Below, in pieces: positions 42,086 to 51,287 of a stretch of 64,000 nucleotides of DNA (its first letter is position 1; every line of letters starts with the position of its first letter). The position numbers and the translations under genes were made by a program. The notes below the pieces were generated by a model. It had not been told where the DNA came from, did not search any database, and worked only from the letters and a program-made list of their open reading frames with translations. Where the stretch lies: positions 1 to 64,000 of the forward strand of contig CAVRAL010000001.1 of assembly GCA_963719085.1 (NCBI GenBank), given 5' to 3'. The DNA comes from a candidate division FCPU426 bacterium (lineage in GTDB: Bacteria; Oederibacteriota; Muellerivitia; Muellerivitales; Muellerivitaceae).

Positions 42086-42483
42086 AATTAAAAGCCCTCG
42101 TTTTTTTGGTTTTTTTAGCCTGTGTGACGGCTGCCCGCGCTCAGCAGCAGGATGTTCCGGAGCCCGTCTTTACCAGTTTTCCTATTCAACCACCCTACAC
42201 CCTCACTTATCATGGTCGGGATCCTTTCAAGCCGCTTGATAATATTGACCGTTCACCGGAGCTTTCGATCGCGGAATTGGACTATCGGGGTGTTATTCAA
42301 ATCGGAGATTCTGTATTGGCCTTGTTTACGTGGCGCGGAAACCCTCAGGTTCGTTACACGTTGAAATATAGAAAGCTATACGGGGGCAACGACAAGGCTT
42401 TGGATGGTGTGGTGGGCGAGGTTACTCAAGACGATGTTGTTTTGATCCAGGGTGATCAAAAAATAGTTTTTTCTAGAAAGTAG
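42082..42483 (+). CDS. PilP-like exported protein
   Basis: Signal peptide, GRDPFKP motif, position between pilO and pilQ. Confidence 0.65.
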   Translation: MKLKALVFLVFLACVTAARAQQQDVPEPVFTSFPIQPPYTLTYHGRDPFKPLDNIDRSPELSIAELDYRGVIQIGDSVLALFTWRGNPQVRYTLKYRKLYGGNDKALDGVVGEVTQDDVVLIQGDQKIVFSRK

Positions 42484-42494
42484 AGGATTGAGCA

Positions 42495-44852
42495 ATGACA
42501 ACCTTTAGCATTAGGACTTATCACTTTATTCTTGGCGTCTTGATTTTCATGATGTCCGTTTGCTCGATCGCGGCGGCCGATAACATGACGTTTGATATGA
42601 ATAAAAATTCCTCCCCGCAGTCAACTCCGACCGTGACCGCGAAAACCACGGACACGCCCGCTGAAAATGCGAAGGTAATTAATAAGATCGATGTCTCAAA
42701 AGATGGCGCGGCCCTTAGTTTTCGGGGAACCGATTTGGTGACCCCGACGGCCAAAAACCAAAAGACCAAAATAGTCCTTATTTTTGAAAATACAAAACTG
42801 GCGATCCCCAAAACAATCGCGGGTGCGGGAGTGATTAAGGATATTCGTTCTTCCATTCACGGAACTTCGGCATGGGTTGTGATTGATGAGGACGGGATTA
42901 AAACTTTTGATTTCGCGGAGACCCCATCCGGACTGAACATGAGTTTGACGACCGGCGGCGTGGCGGTTCCCGCGGATACCACCTTGGCGAAGGCTCCGGC
43001 CGCGACGGCGGACAATTCGGCCTCGGCCCAGGCGATTGTGGACAAGTCGGCTTCAAGCCTGGATTCGACGGGCGCCGATTCCGGAGCGTTTGATAAAAAA
43101 ATATTTTCTCGGTTAATTGACGCTTCCTTAAGACCGGTGGACGGTTCTTTGAAGATTGTTTTAACGGCCGATAGCCCGGCCAAATACACGGTGCGAAAAT
43201 TATCAACCCCTGAAAAGCTCGTGGTTCGTTTCATCAACACCCATCTGGATGTGCCGGCTAACGAGCAAAAAATTCAAAGTGACGCCAACTTGACGGCGAA
43301 AAGCGGTCTTTTATCACTGGAAATCCGCCAAATTGGACAGGGTTTCGCGCCCATTTCGGAAGCCATTTTGACGATTGTGCCTGGAACTAACTATCAAATT
43401 GAGCGGAATTTAAACCAAATCGTTATTAATTTGACCCCTCCGCCGGTGGTGGAAAAACCCGTGGAAAAGACTGGAAACTTGAACCAGCTGATTTCTGCCG
43501 AGCTTGAGTCCGCAGATCTGGGCGCCGTGGTAAGGACTTTGGCCGATGAGTCCGGATTTGACGTGGATATGTCCAGCGCGCCGGTAACCGGGTTAGTGAC
43601 GGAAAAATTTAAAAATGTTCCGTTAAAAGATGTCTTGGCCGTTATTTTGGCCCCGGGCAACTATGTCTATGAAGTTCAAGGAAATATTTTGCGGATTGGG
43701 ACCCAAGCGACCTTAAGCGCCACCAAAAAAATTCTTCCTCAGATTACCGATGTTATCCAGCCGGCGGGCGGGATGACGCCAGCCCAATTGGATACTTTGG
43801 TTCGTCCTATTTTGAGCACCTCCAATGCGTCGAGTTCGGTGGTGGATACGACCCGCAATGTCCTGATTGTTCATGGAACGGTGTCGGATGTTGAAGAATA
43901 CAAGCAAGTGATGCGGGATTTGAAATTGGAGCCCGGTGAAGACACCAACCGTATTACCCGTGTGGTGAAGCTGAACTACGCGGATCCTGCTCAACTCGCG
44001 GTTATTTTAACCACTTATTTGACTCCGCTGGGGCATGTCCAAGTGGATCCGAGGACAGAAGACCTGATTATTTGGGAAGTTCCGGAAAACATGGGGGTTC
44101 TCCTGGAGTTGATAAAAGAAATCGACGTTAAGGCTCCTCAAGTATTGATCGAAGCCAACTTGATTCAAGTGTCCGATGAAAAGGACTTGAACATTGGTAT
44201 TAATTGGACCATCAATAAATCCACCGGTGATACCATCAATTCGACCGCCCAGATGCTGCCGACCAATTTGAATGGAAATGTCACGGCGGCCCCTCAATTT
44301 ACTTTTGGCACGGTTAAGGATAATACTTCCATTCAAGCCGAAATTCAGGCGTTGGAAACGAAAAAGAAAGGAAAAATCATATCCAGGCCGCGTATCGCGA
44401 CCGCCAGCGGAGTTCCGGCTGAAATCGACACAATACAAAACGTCATTGTCCAAACTGTTCAAAATACATTTGTCCAAGGCGTGGGCCAAAATCAAACGAT
44501 CACCTTTAGTCAGGTCCCGGTGCCCATTAATTTGAAAGTCACTCCCCGCATTACGGACGATGGAAGAATCACGACCCAAATGGCCGTCACCGTGACCTCC
44601 ATCACCGGCGCCGCCGCCGTAGGGTCGCCTCCGCCGACAAGCGTTGAGGAAGCTCAAACCACCATTACGACCAAAAATGGCGAAACCATCGTTATCGGGG
44701 GATTGGTTCAGGAAACCATAACGGATGAGGAAGACGGTGTTCCGCTCTTGGAAGACTTGCCTATCATTGGTTCTTTGTTCCAGTCCAAGGATCATGTCCA
44801 TCAAAAGCAAGAACTTATTATTTTCGTGACACCCACGCTGATCGAAGATTAA
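42495..44852 (+). CDS. pilQ: Type IV pilus secretin PilQ with AMIN-like N-terminal domains
   Basis: PQVLIEA, ISRPRI, LKVTPRI, GETIVIGG, PIIGSLF, ELIIFVTP. Confidence 0.92.
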   Translation: MTTFSIRTYHFILGVLIFMMSVCSIAAADNMTFDMNKNSSPQSTPTVTAKTTDTPAENAKVINKIDVSKDGAALSFRGTDLVTPTAKNQKTKIVLIFENTKLAIPKTIAGAGVIKDIRSSIHGTSAWVVIDEDGIKTFDFAETPSGLNMSLTTGGVAVPADTTLAKAPAATADNSASAQAIVDKSASSLDSTGADSGAFDKKIFSRLIDASLRPVDGSLKIVLTADSPAKYTVRKLSTPEKLVVRFINTHLDVPANEQKIQSDANLTAKSGLLSLEIRQIGQGFAPISEAILTIVPGTNYQIERNLNQIVINLTPPPVVEKPVEKTGNLNQLISAELESADLGAVVRTLADESGFDVDMSSAPVTGLVTEKFKNVPLKDVLAVILAPGNYVYEVQGNILRIGTQATLSATKKILPQITDVIQPAGGMTPAQLDTLVRPILSTSNASSSVVDTTRNVLIVHGTVSDVEEYKQVMRDLKLEPGEDTNRITRVVKLNYADPAQLAVILTTYLTPLGHVQVDPRTEDLIIWEVPENMGVLLELIKEIDVKAPQVLIEANLIQVSDEKDLNIGINWTINKSTGDTINSTAQMLPTNLNGNVTAAPQFTFGTVKDNTSIQAEIQALETKKKGKIISRPRIATASGVPAEIDTIQNVIVQTVQNTFVQGVGQNQTITFSQVPVPINLKVTPRITDDGRITTQMAVTVTSITGAAAVGSPPPTSVEEAQTTITTKNGETIVIGGLVQETITDEEDGVPLLEDLPIIGSLFQSKDHVHQKQELIIFVTPTLIED

Positions 44853-44872
44853 AGCAACTTAAAAGAATATTT

Positions 44873-44905
44873 TTAGCGCCTTGGTTCCAAGGCGCTAATT
44901 TTTTT
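44873..44905 (+). terminator. Intrinsic terminator after pilQ
   Basis: TTAGCGCCTTGG/CCAAGGCGCTAA inverted repeat followed by T7. Confidence 0.8.
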
Positions 44906-44954
44906 ACCTTCTTTTTAAATCAAACGGTTTAAAAATAAACTCGGAGAATTAAAT

Positions 44955-46118
44955 TTGGCTATTCGCTACTTAACCGCCGGAGAATCGCACGGAAAAGGCG
45001 TCTTGGTTATTTTGGAGGGGTTTCCGGCGCATCTGGAAATTACAAAAACCGAAATTAACGACGAGCTTGCCAGGCGCCAGGGCGGTTATGGCCGCGGGGG
45101 CCGGATGGCGATTGAAAAGGATCAGGTTGAGATCCTTTCGGGAATTCGTAAGGGGCTGACGCTGGGGTCGCCGATTACCCTTTTGATTCGAAACAAGGAT
45201 TATGAAAATTGGGAAAAAATTATGTCGCCCGACTTGGATTTTAAGGAAAAGGGCAACCCTCTACAACGCCCCCGCCCCGGACACGCGGACTTACCCGGAG
45301 GCATCAAATACGATCATCGAGATTTAAGAAATATTCTGGAACGGGCGAGCGCGCGGGAAACCACCGCCCGGGTCGCCGCGGGAGCGGTCGCCAAAGTATT
45401 ATTGAAAAAATTTAATATCCGTGTTTTTAGCCATGTGCTTAAGTTGGGAAAAGTGGCTATTTCGACGTCGGAAAAAAACGCCGAAACCTTGCAGAAAAAA
45501 GCGGAAAAATCCCCGGTGCGAATGATCGATCCCCAAGCCGGGAAAAAAGCTATGGCGCTCATTGATCAGGCAAAGAAAAAAGGCGACACGCTTGGCGGAA
45601 TATTTGAGGTGATTATCACGGGTGTCCCCATCGGATTAGGAAGCCATGTTCAGTGGGACCGCAAGTTGGACGGCAAAATGGCCCAAGCGATCATGAGCAT
45701 GCAGGCGGTGAAGGGTGTTGAGATTGGAAATGGCTTTGAGAACGCCCAGTCCTTCGGCTCCCAGGTTCATGATGAAATCGGCTACCGAAAAGACAAAGGT
45801 TTTTTCCATTGGACCAATCACGCGGGCGGAATCGAGGGCGGGATGTCCAACGGAGAGCCCATTGTGGTTCGGGTCGCCAAAAAGCCCATTTCCACGCTCA
45901 AGACGCCTTTAAGATCGGTCAATATTGAGACCAAAGAAGAGGTCCGGGCAGCCTATGAACGATCGGACGTTTGCGCTCTTCCAGCGGCATCCGTCATCGG
46001 CGAGTCAATTTGCGCCTGGGTCATCGCCGACGCCTTTTTGGAAAAAATCGGCGGAGATTTTATTTCGGAAATTAACAAACGATACCAACTTTACGTGAAG
46101 CATATAAAAAGCTACTAG
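44955..46118 (+). CDS. aroC: Chorismate synthase
   Basis: TAGESHG, RPGHAD, ERASARET, GGIEGGMSNG, RSDVC. Confidence 0.97.
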   Translation: MAIRYLTAGESHGKGVLVILEGFPAHLEITKTEINDELARRQGGYGRGGRMAIEKDQVEILSGIRKGLTLGSPITLLIRNKDYENWEKIMSPDLDFKEKGNPLQRPRPGHADLPGGIKYDHRDLRNILERASARETTARVAAGAVAKVLLKKFNIRVFSHVLKLGKVAISTSEKNAETLQKKAEKSPVRMIDPQAGKKAMALIDQAKKKGDTLGGIFEVIITGVPIGLGSHVQWDRKLDGKMAQAIMSMQAVKGVEIGNGFENAQSFGSQVHDEIGYRKDKGFFHWTNHAGGIEGGMSNGEPIVVRVAKKPISTLKTPLRSVNIETKEEVRAAYERSDVCALPAASVIGESICAWVIADAFLEKIGGDFISEINKRYQLYVKHIKSY

Positions 46119-46122
46119 ATCC

Positions 46123-46662
46123 ATGGGGAAAAGGTCCAACTTTTCATTAATTGGCTTCATGGGTTCGGGGAAGACTTCTTCGGGACAGGAATTGGCCCGG
46201 CTACTCAAGTTCGATTTTGTCGATTCGGACCAATTGATTCAAAATGAAATGGGGCTCACGGTCCGTGAAATTTTTGAAAAATACGGCGAAAAAAAATTCC
46301 GGGACCAGGAAAAGGCGCAGCTCGAGAAGATTAGAACAATGGGAAAGACGGTTTGGGCGACGGGAGGCGGGTCTTGGTTGAACCCTTTGATTCGTGAAAG
46401 TCTTTTGGAAAACAGTTGGTCGATTTGGCTCAAAGTTTCCGTGGATCAATCTTGGCAAAGAGTTTCCGCTCATTTATCCCAGCGTCCGCTTTTGTCGAAT
46501 GCCCTAAACCCGATTTCTGAAATTGACCAAAAGTTGAAAGAGAGAAACCCGGTCTATTCGTTGGCGAACTATAGCGTTTCCACGGATGACAAGACGCCAC
46601 GAGAAGTGGCGGGTGAAATTTTTGATATTATTAAAAGAGATAACTTGGTGGATTTGTCCTGA
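46123..46662 (+). CDS. aroK: Shikimate kinase
   Basis: GFMGSGKT, GEKKFR, ATGGG, RPLL. Confidence 0.93.
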   Translation: MGKRSNFSLIGFMGSGKTSSGQELARLLKFDFVDSDQLIQNEMGLTVREIFEKYGEKKFRDQEKAQLEKIRTMGKTVWATGGGSWLNPLIRESLLENSWSIWLKVSVDQSWQRVSAHLSQRPLLSNALNPISEIDQKLKERNPVYSLANYSVSTDDKTPREVAGEIFDIIKRDNLVDLS

Positions 46663-46718
46663 TTTTAGGGTCGGTTGAGGCCGAGGATTTTCTTTTTTTG
46701 GAAATTAAAAGGCGAAAG

Positions 46719-47831
46719 ATGAATAACGAAATAAAGGTAAATCTTAAGGAACGCGGTTATCAGATCCACGTTCGCCGCGGTCTTTTGAAAAAAATTGGGC
46801 CTGAAATTAAGCGCGTTTCGAAAGCGGAGAAAATTCTCTTATTGACGATCCCAAAGGTATGGGAAAAATACGGCCGGACGGTTTTAAAACAACTTTCCAA
46901 AAGTTTTAAACAAGCCGATGTTTTTTTGATTCCGGACGGCGAAATCCACAAGAACGAAAAAGTTCTTTTTTCAGTGTTCAAAAAATTAAAAGATCTAAAA
47001 TTTCAAAAGGATTCCTGTTTAGTCGCGCTGGGGGGAGGCGTGGCGGGGGATTTGGGGGGGTTGGCGGCCTCGCTTTATATGCGGGGCATCGATTTTGTCC
47101 AAGTTCCGACCACCCTGCTGGCGCAAGTTGACGCGAGTATCGGAGGGAAAACAGCGGTCGATTTTCAAGGGATTAAAAATCTCATTGGCGCCTTCTATCA
47201 GCCAAAAGTTGTCTTGATTGATCCGGACACGCTTAAAACTTTGGATGACCGCCAAATGCGGACGGGATTGGCTGAAATCATCAAGTGCGGGATTATTCAA
47301 GACGAAAAATTGTTTGAATCCCTTGAGATGAACATGAGCTTATTCTTTGACCGCGATCCCGAATTTTTAAGTTCCCTCATTTATCGTTCGGGCCTCATCA
47401 AGGCTCGTATTATTTCCGAAGATGAAAGAGAAAGCGGGAAGCGGATGTGGCTGAATTACGGCCATACGTTGGGCCATGCGCTTGAGTCTTATTATGGTTA
47501 TCAACAACTGACGCATGGCGAGGCGATCGCTTATGGAATGTGGGCCGCCGGCCTCATGTCCCATTGGATGGGTTTTTGCACCGCCGAGACGGAACGCCGT
47601 CAATACGCCTTGTTGAAGGTCGCGGGCTTATTCAAACCAGTTCCTAAATTTGAAAAAGAACGTGTTTATCAAAAGATGCTTCTTGATAAAAAGGCGCGGT
47701 CGGGTCAAATCCAATTTGTGTTGACAAGAAAAATAGGTCTTGTTACCATTCAAAAAAATGTTGAAAAATCTTTGATTTTTTCGGCCCTTAATCGTCTCCA
47801 AACTGAAATGACCCAACCATCATTTAATTGA
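46719..47831 (+). CDS. aroB: 3-dehydroquinate synthase
   Basis: GGGVAGDL, PTTLLAQVDASIGGK, LNYGHTLGHA, THGEA. Confidence 0.96.
   Translation: MNNEIKVNLKERGYQIHVRRGLLKKIGPEIKRVSKAEKILLLTIPKVWEKYGRTVLKQLSKSFKQADVFLIPDGEIHKNEKVLFSVFKKLKDLKFQKDSCLVALGGGVAGDLGGLAASLYMRGIDFVQVPTTLLAQVDASIGGKTAVDFQGIKNLIGAFYQPKVVLIDPDTLKTLDDRQMRTGLAEIIKCGIIQDEKLFESLEMNMSLFFDRDPEFLSSLIYRSGLIKARIISEDERESGKRMWLNYGHTLGHALESYYGYQQLTHGEAIAYGMWAAGLMSHWMGFCTAETERRQYALLKVAGLFKPVPKFEKERVYQKMLLDKKARSGQIQFVLTRKIGLVTIQKNVEKSLIFSALNRLQTEMTQPSFN
47721..47749 (+). promoter_or_regulatory. Internal sigma70-type promoter inside the aroB 3' end
   Basis: TTGACA-N17-TACCAT with extended -10 TG. Confidence 0.5.
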
Positions 47832-47841
47832 AGGATTTTTT

Positions 47842-49149
47842 ACGTCAGAAATCATCGACCTTAAAAAGAAATTAGACACCGATCCAGATTCTTTGGTTTT
47901 CGCTCCCCTGGCCGACGCTTACCGAAAGGAAGGCGATTTAAAGGAAGCGTTTGCGGTTTGTAAAAAAGGTTTGGAGCGCCACCCGGCTTATACCAGCGCG
48001 CGCGTCGTTCTTGGGCGTATTTTTCAAGAACAGGGCAAGAGCGAGGACGCGGTCACTGAGTTTAAAAAAGTTTTAGAAGTCGATTCAGAAAACTTAATGG
48101 CCCATTCCCTGTTGGGGAGTATCTATCTCTCCCGGGGCGACTATCAAACGGCGATCGAAGAATATCAAAAAATTCTTTCCCTGAATCCGGATGACGATAA
48201 CGCTCAGTCGTCGTTGAAACAAGCCATTGAAAAAGCCGCTGGAGACTCCAAGGCCAAAGAGCCGGCCAAAAGCACCGCTGAAAGTGAGCCGACGGGAAAA
48301 GAAAATCAATCGACGACTTCCATTACCATAGCGGAACTTTATTTGAAACAAGGGCATTTTGACAAAGCCATTGAGGTTTTCCAAGAATTGCTGGCTAAGG
48401 ATCCTCAGAATTTAATGATCCGGCAAAAATTATCCGATGTGATGGAAAAACAGCAAAAGGACGCGGCTTTGGGAGGCGGTTCGACCTCCAAGCTTAAGAA
48501 AAATGAATTTACCCAACCTCCTGATCAGAAGGAAGATGTTATTACGGAGGAAGTGAAAGTCGATAGCAAGCGTCAGAGCCGCAACAAAAAAGAAGACGAT
48601 TCAAAATTCACCAGTGAGGATATCCTTCAAGTGATGCGCCGGGGCAGCAAGGATGACGCCGTTGTGGAGGAAAAAAAGCCGCTGGAAGCCCCTAAAAATC
48701 CTGAGACCAAAAATAATAATCCTCCCGACAAGCCCGTGAAACCGGAAGAAGTAAAATCGTCCGCGCCGGAAAAAAGTTCTCTCGTGTTGAAACCGGATCA
48801 GGTCGATCGATTTAAGGATATTTTGGCTGAATTGGGCACAATTGAGGGAATTCAAAGATGCTTTTTGATCGGCAACGATGGAATAAACGTTGTTTCAATA
48901 GGTGAAACAAGTAATAATGCGGACCTGGGAAAACAAGCCGTCGCCATTTTTCAAAGTACCCATGCCTCTGTCAGCCAGTTAAATCAGGGAAAGCTTCAAC
49001 AGGTTTTGGTGACCGCTGATTCGGGAAATATTCTTTTGGTTTCCTTGGATCAGCTTGTGCTGATCGTTTTGGCGAATGACAAGATTAATTTGGGTCTTTT
49101 GAGAATCACATTGGACTCCGTTTTGAAAAAAATGGGAAAAATTCTTTAG
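47842..49149 (+). CDS. TPR-repeat protein with a C-terminal Roadblock/LC7 (MglB-like) domain; start uncertain (ACG 47842 or TTG 47893)
   Basis: N-terminal TPRs, an isolated TPR (IAELYLKQGHFDKA), charged linker, C-terminal EGIQRCFLIGNDG..GKLQQVLV..NLGLLR. Confidence 0.8.
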   Translation, partial: TSEIIDLKKKLDTDPDSLVFAPLADAYRKEGDLKEAFAVCKKGLERHPAYTSARVVLGRIFQEQGKSEDAVTEFKKVLEVDSENLMAHSLLGSIYLSRGDYQTAIEEYQKILSLNPDDDNAQSSLKQAIEKAAGDSKAKEPAKSTAESEPTGKENQSTTSITIAELYLKQGHFDKAIEVFQELLAKDPQNLMIRQKLSDVMEKQQKDAALGGGSTSKLKKNEFTQPPDQKEDVITEEVKVDSKRQSRNKKEDDSKFTSEDILQVMRRGSKDDAVVEEKKPLEAPKNPETKNNNPPDKPVKPEEVKSSAPEKSSLVLKPDQVDRFKDILAELGTIEGIQRCFLIGNDGINVVSIGETSNNADLGKQAVAIFQSTHASVSQLNQGKLQQVLVTADSGNILLVSLDQLVLIVLANDKINLGLLRITLDSVLKKMGKIL

Positions 49150-49198
49150 CTGGAATTTAGTCGGATCGTTAATCGTCTTTATCGGGGAATAAGCAAGT

Positions 49199-49558
49199 AT
49201 GGATTTTAAGAAAATTTTGGAAGAAACCTTATCAAACGTCGAGGGTTCCATTGGCGCCGGCTTAGTCGGCATGGATGGAATCGTTATCGACCAAATTTCC
49301 CATAACGCTTCTTTTGATATTAATGTGGTGGGTGCCGAATATTCGAGCATCATTAAAAACGCCTCCCGCGCTTCCACCAATTTTGGTCTTGGAAACACCA
49401 ACGAGATTTTAATCACGACCGATAAAGCCACCATGATTATGATGATGGTCGGCAACGCCTATTTTGTCACCTTGGCCATTAATCTCGACGGAAATCTTGG
49501 AAGGGGCCGGCTTGAGTTGAAAAAAGCCATCCCCAAATTTGAAAAAGAACTGACCTAA
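49199..49558 (+). CDS. Roadblock/LC7 protein, MglC-like
   Basis: VEGSIGAGLVGMDGI..AEY..YFVTLA..DGNLGRGR..EL resembles Myxococcus MglC as recalled. Confidence 0.78.
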   Translation: MDFKKILEETLSNVEGSIGAGLVGMDGIVIDQISHNASFDINVVGAEYSSIIKNASRASTNFGLGNTNEILITTDKATMIMMMVGNAYFVTLAINLDGNLGRGRLELKKAIPKFEKELT

Positions 49559-49567
49559 AAATTTCCA

Positions 49568-50398
49568 ATGAGTTTGGAAAACGGTTTCGAAACCTCCTCC
49601 GAAGAAATTCAAAGAATAAGCGCTTTTCCCGCGGTCGTTAAGTCCTGGTTTTGCCGGTATTACGACCATCTCCTCCTGCTGGTGTTCTTGAACGTTCTTT
49701 GGGCCTTTGCGTGTTTGGGCCCCACCTTCGTTTTATTTCATTTTGGGTTTTTATTCAAAGCGGGGCAGTGGAACGCCGGAGGACTCGCGGGGATTGGATT
49801 TTGGGACGCCAATGTTTCCATCCTAACGGCCCGCGTTGTTTTTCTGGTTTTGAATGAAGGTGATTTTTCTTGGGGAGTTTTTCGAGAAGGATTAGGGGCT
49901 GCCTGGTTAAAGGCGCTGGGGCTTTTTTTAATTTGGGCCGGTGTGATCGGTTGGTTGGGTTATAATTTTTATTTTTACACCCATTGGAGCCCTTTGGGAG
50001 AACCCTGGAAATGGCTCTTGAGTGGGTTGATTCTTTGGCTTTGTGTCTTTTGGTTGTCCTGCTTTTTCTATCTTTGGCCGATCCTTTTCTTTCAGAACCC
50101 CCCCTTTTTTAGGATATTTTATAAGTCGGCTCTTTTGGTTTTTGAGAATCAGTTCTTTTTGCTTTTTTGTTTAACCTTGTTTTTAGCTCTCTTTTTTTTG
50201 TTTTCCCTGATTCCGGTCGGATGGCTGATTTTAGGCTTTACTTTTTTCTTTTCAATTCAATGCATGGTGCTTGAAAAGCATTTTTTAAGGTATAAAATAA
50301 TATATAAGAACAAGGACTATTCGTCTTTTCTGACCTTTTTAATGGTAGAGAATAAAAGAGATTGGAAGTACTTCTTGAGGCCTTGGGAGAACAAATGA
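49568..50398 (+). CDS. Hypothetical polytopic membrane protein
   Basis: About six Phe/Trp/Leu-rich hydrophobic segments. Confidence 0.65.
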   Translation: MSLENGFETSSEEIQRISAFPAVVKSWFCRYYDHLLLLVFLNVLWAFACLGPTFVLFHFGFLFKAGQWNAGGLAGIGFWDANVSILTARVVFLVLNEGDFSWGVFREGLGAAWLKALGLFLIWAGVIGWLGYNFYFYTHWSPLGEPWKWLLSGLILWLCVFWLSCFFYLWPILFFQNPPFFRIFYKSALLVFENQFFLLFCLTLFLALFFLFSLIPVGWLILGFTFFFSIQCMVLEKHFLRYKIIYKNKDYSSFLTFLMVENKRDWKYFLRPWENK

Positions 50399-50676
50399 GA
50401 TTGGGTAATCGATGGAAAGGGCTTTTGGTGGGCCTTATTTTGGCTTATCTTTTTGTCTGCGGAAACCGCGGGCTTTTTCGCCTTTATCAACTTCACCAGG
50501 ACAAGTCCTCGCTGACCGAGCAAATATCCCAGCTCCAAGCGCAAGTCGTAAACTATCAAAATGAGTACAAGCGGTTTGACCAAGATCCCACGGCGATTGA
50601 AAAAAGGGCGAGGGAAGAACTGAACCTGGTGAAACCGGGCGAAATGGTGTACCGTTTTGAATCTTCCCCGCGCTAA
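50395..50676 (+). CDS. ftsB: Septum formation initiator (FtsB/DivIC family)
   Basis: TM, G..G, coiled coil, IEKRAREELNLVKPGE. Confidence 0.85.
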   Translation: MRLGNRWKGLLVGLILAYLFVCGNRGLFRLYQLHQDKSSLTEQISQLQAQVVNYQNEYKRFDQDPTAIEKRAREELNLVKPGEMVYRFESSPR

Positions 50677-50695
50677 AAGGCCGCTTTAAACTTAG

Positions 50696-50724
50696 TTGAC
50701 TTCTGCATCTCGGGTGACTATTCT
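50696..50724 (+). promoter_or_regulatory. Sigma70-type promoter for the tRNA pair
   Basis: TTGACT-N17-TATTCT. Confidence 0.55.
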
Positions 50725-50823
50725 ACCCCTCCTTGTAAGGCCATCCGGTTAGTTCCACGTTGGGATCCAAGGTTCGTGGTAATTTTCAAGCTTATAAGGT
50801 CGGCCTGCCGAGTGTTGGGGAAT

Positions 50824-50911
50824 GCCGAGATGGCGGAATTGGCAGACGCAAGGGACTTAAAATCCCTCGGGCCTAAAGCCCGTCCCGGTTCGACCCCGGG
50901 TCTCGGCACCA
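50824..50911 (+). tRNA. tRNA-Leu (TAA)
   Basis: GCCGAGA/TCTCGGC acceptor stem, AGGGA-CTTAAAA-TCCCT anticodon arm, long variable arm, encoded CCA. Confidence 0.96.
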
Positions 50912-50951
50912 ATTTAGATGTTTTTTAGGTTTGGCTTTTCTTTTAACTACA

Positions 50952-51028
<77 letters not shown>

Positions 51029-51052
51029 TTTTCCCGCCTCAAGGTTTATTCT

Positions 51053-51286
51053 TTGGAAACCATTCTTATTCGTCTTGAAACCCATGGTCGCCGCGGAAAA
51101 ACAGTCACTACCCTGCAGGGATTTACGCATCGACTTGAATATTTAGAAGACCTGACCCGAAAAATCAAAATGAAATGTGGTTCCGGTGGAACCCTTAAAG
51201 ACGGTATTATTGAGATCCAAGGCGACGCGAGGGTCAAAATTAAGGATCTTTTGATCGCCGAAGGATTTCAAGTAAAAGGGTTCTGA
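51053..51286 (+). CDS. yciH: Translation initiation factor SUI1/YciH family
   Basis: GRRGKTVT, KMKCGSGGT, IEIQGD. Confidence 0.88.
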   Translation: METILIRLETHGRRGKTVTTLQGFTHRLEYLEDLTRKIKMKCGSGGTLKDGIIEIQGDARVKIKDLLIAEGFQVKGF

Positions 51287-51287
51287 T

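Noticed and set aside
44007..44810. 267-aa minus-strand ORF (also 59438-60184, 31412-32026, 14956-15669, 12953-13648)
   Set aside because: Each lies antisense to a strongly supported gene (pilQ, ftsH, dnaJ, ATP-grasp, Anbu).
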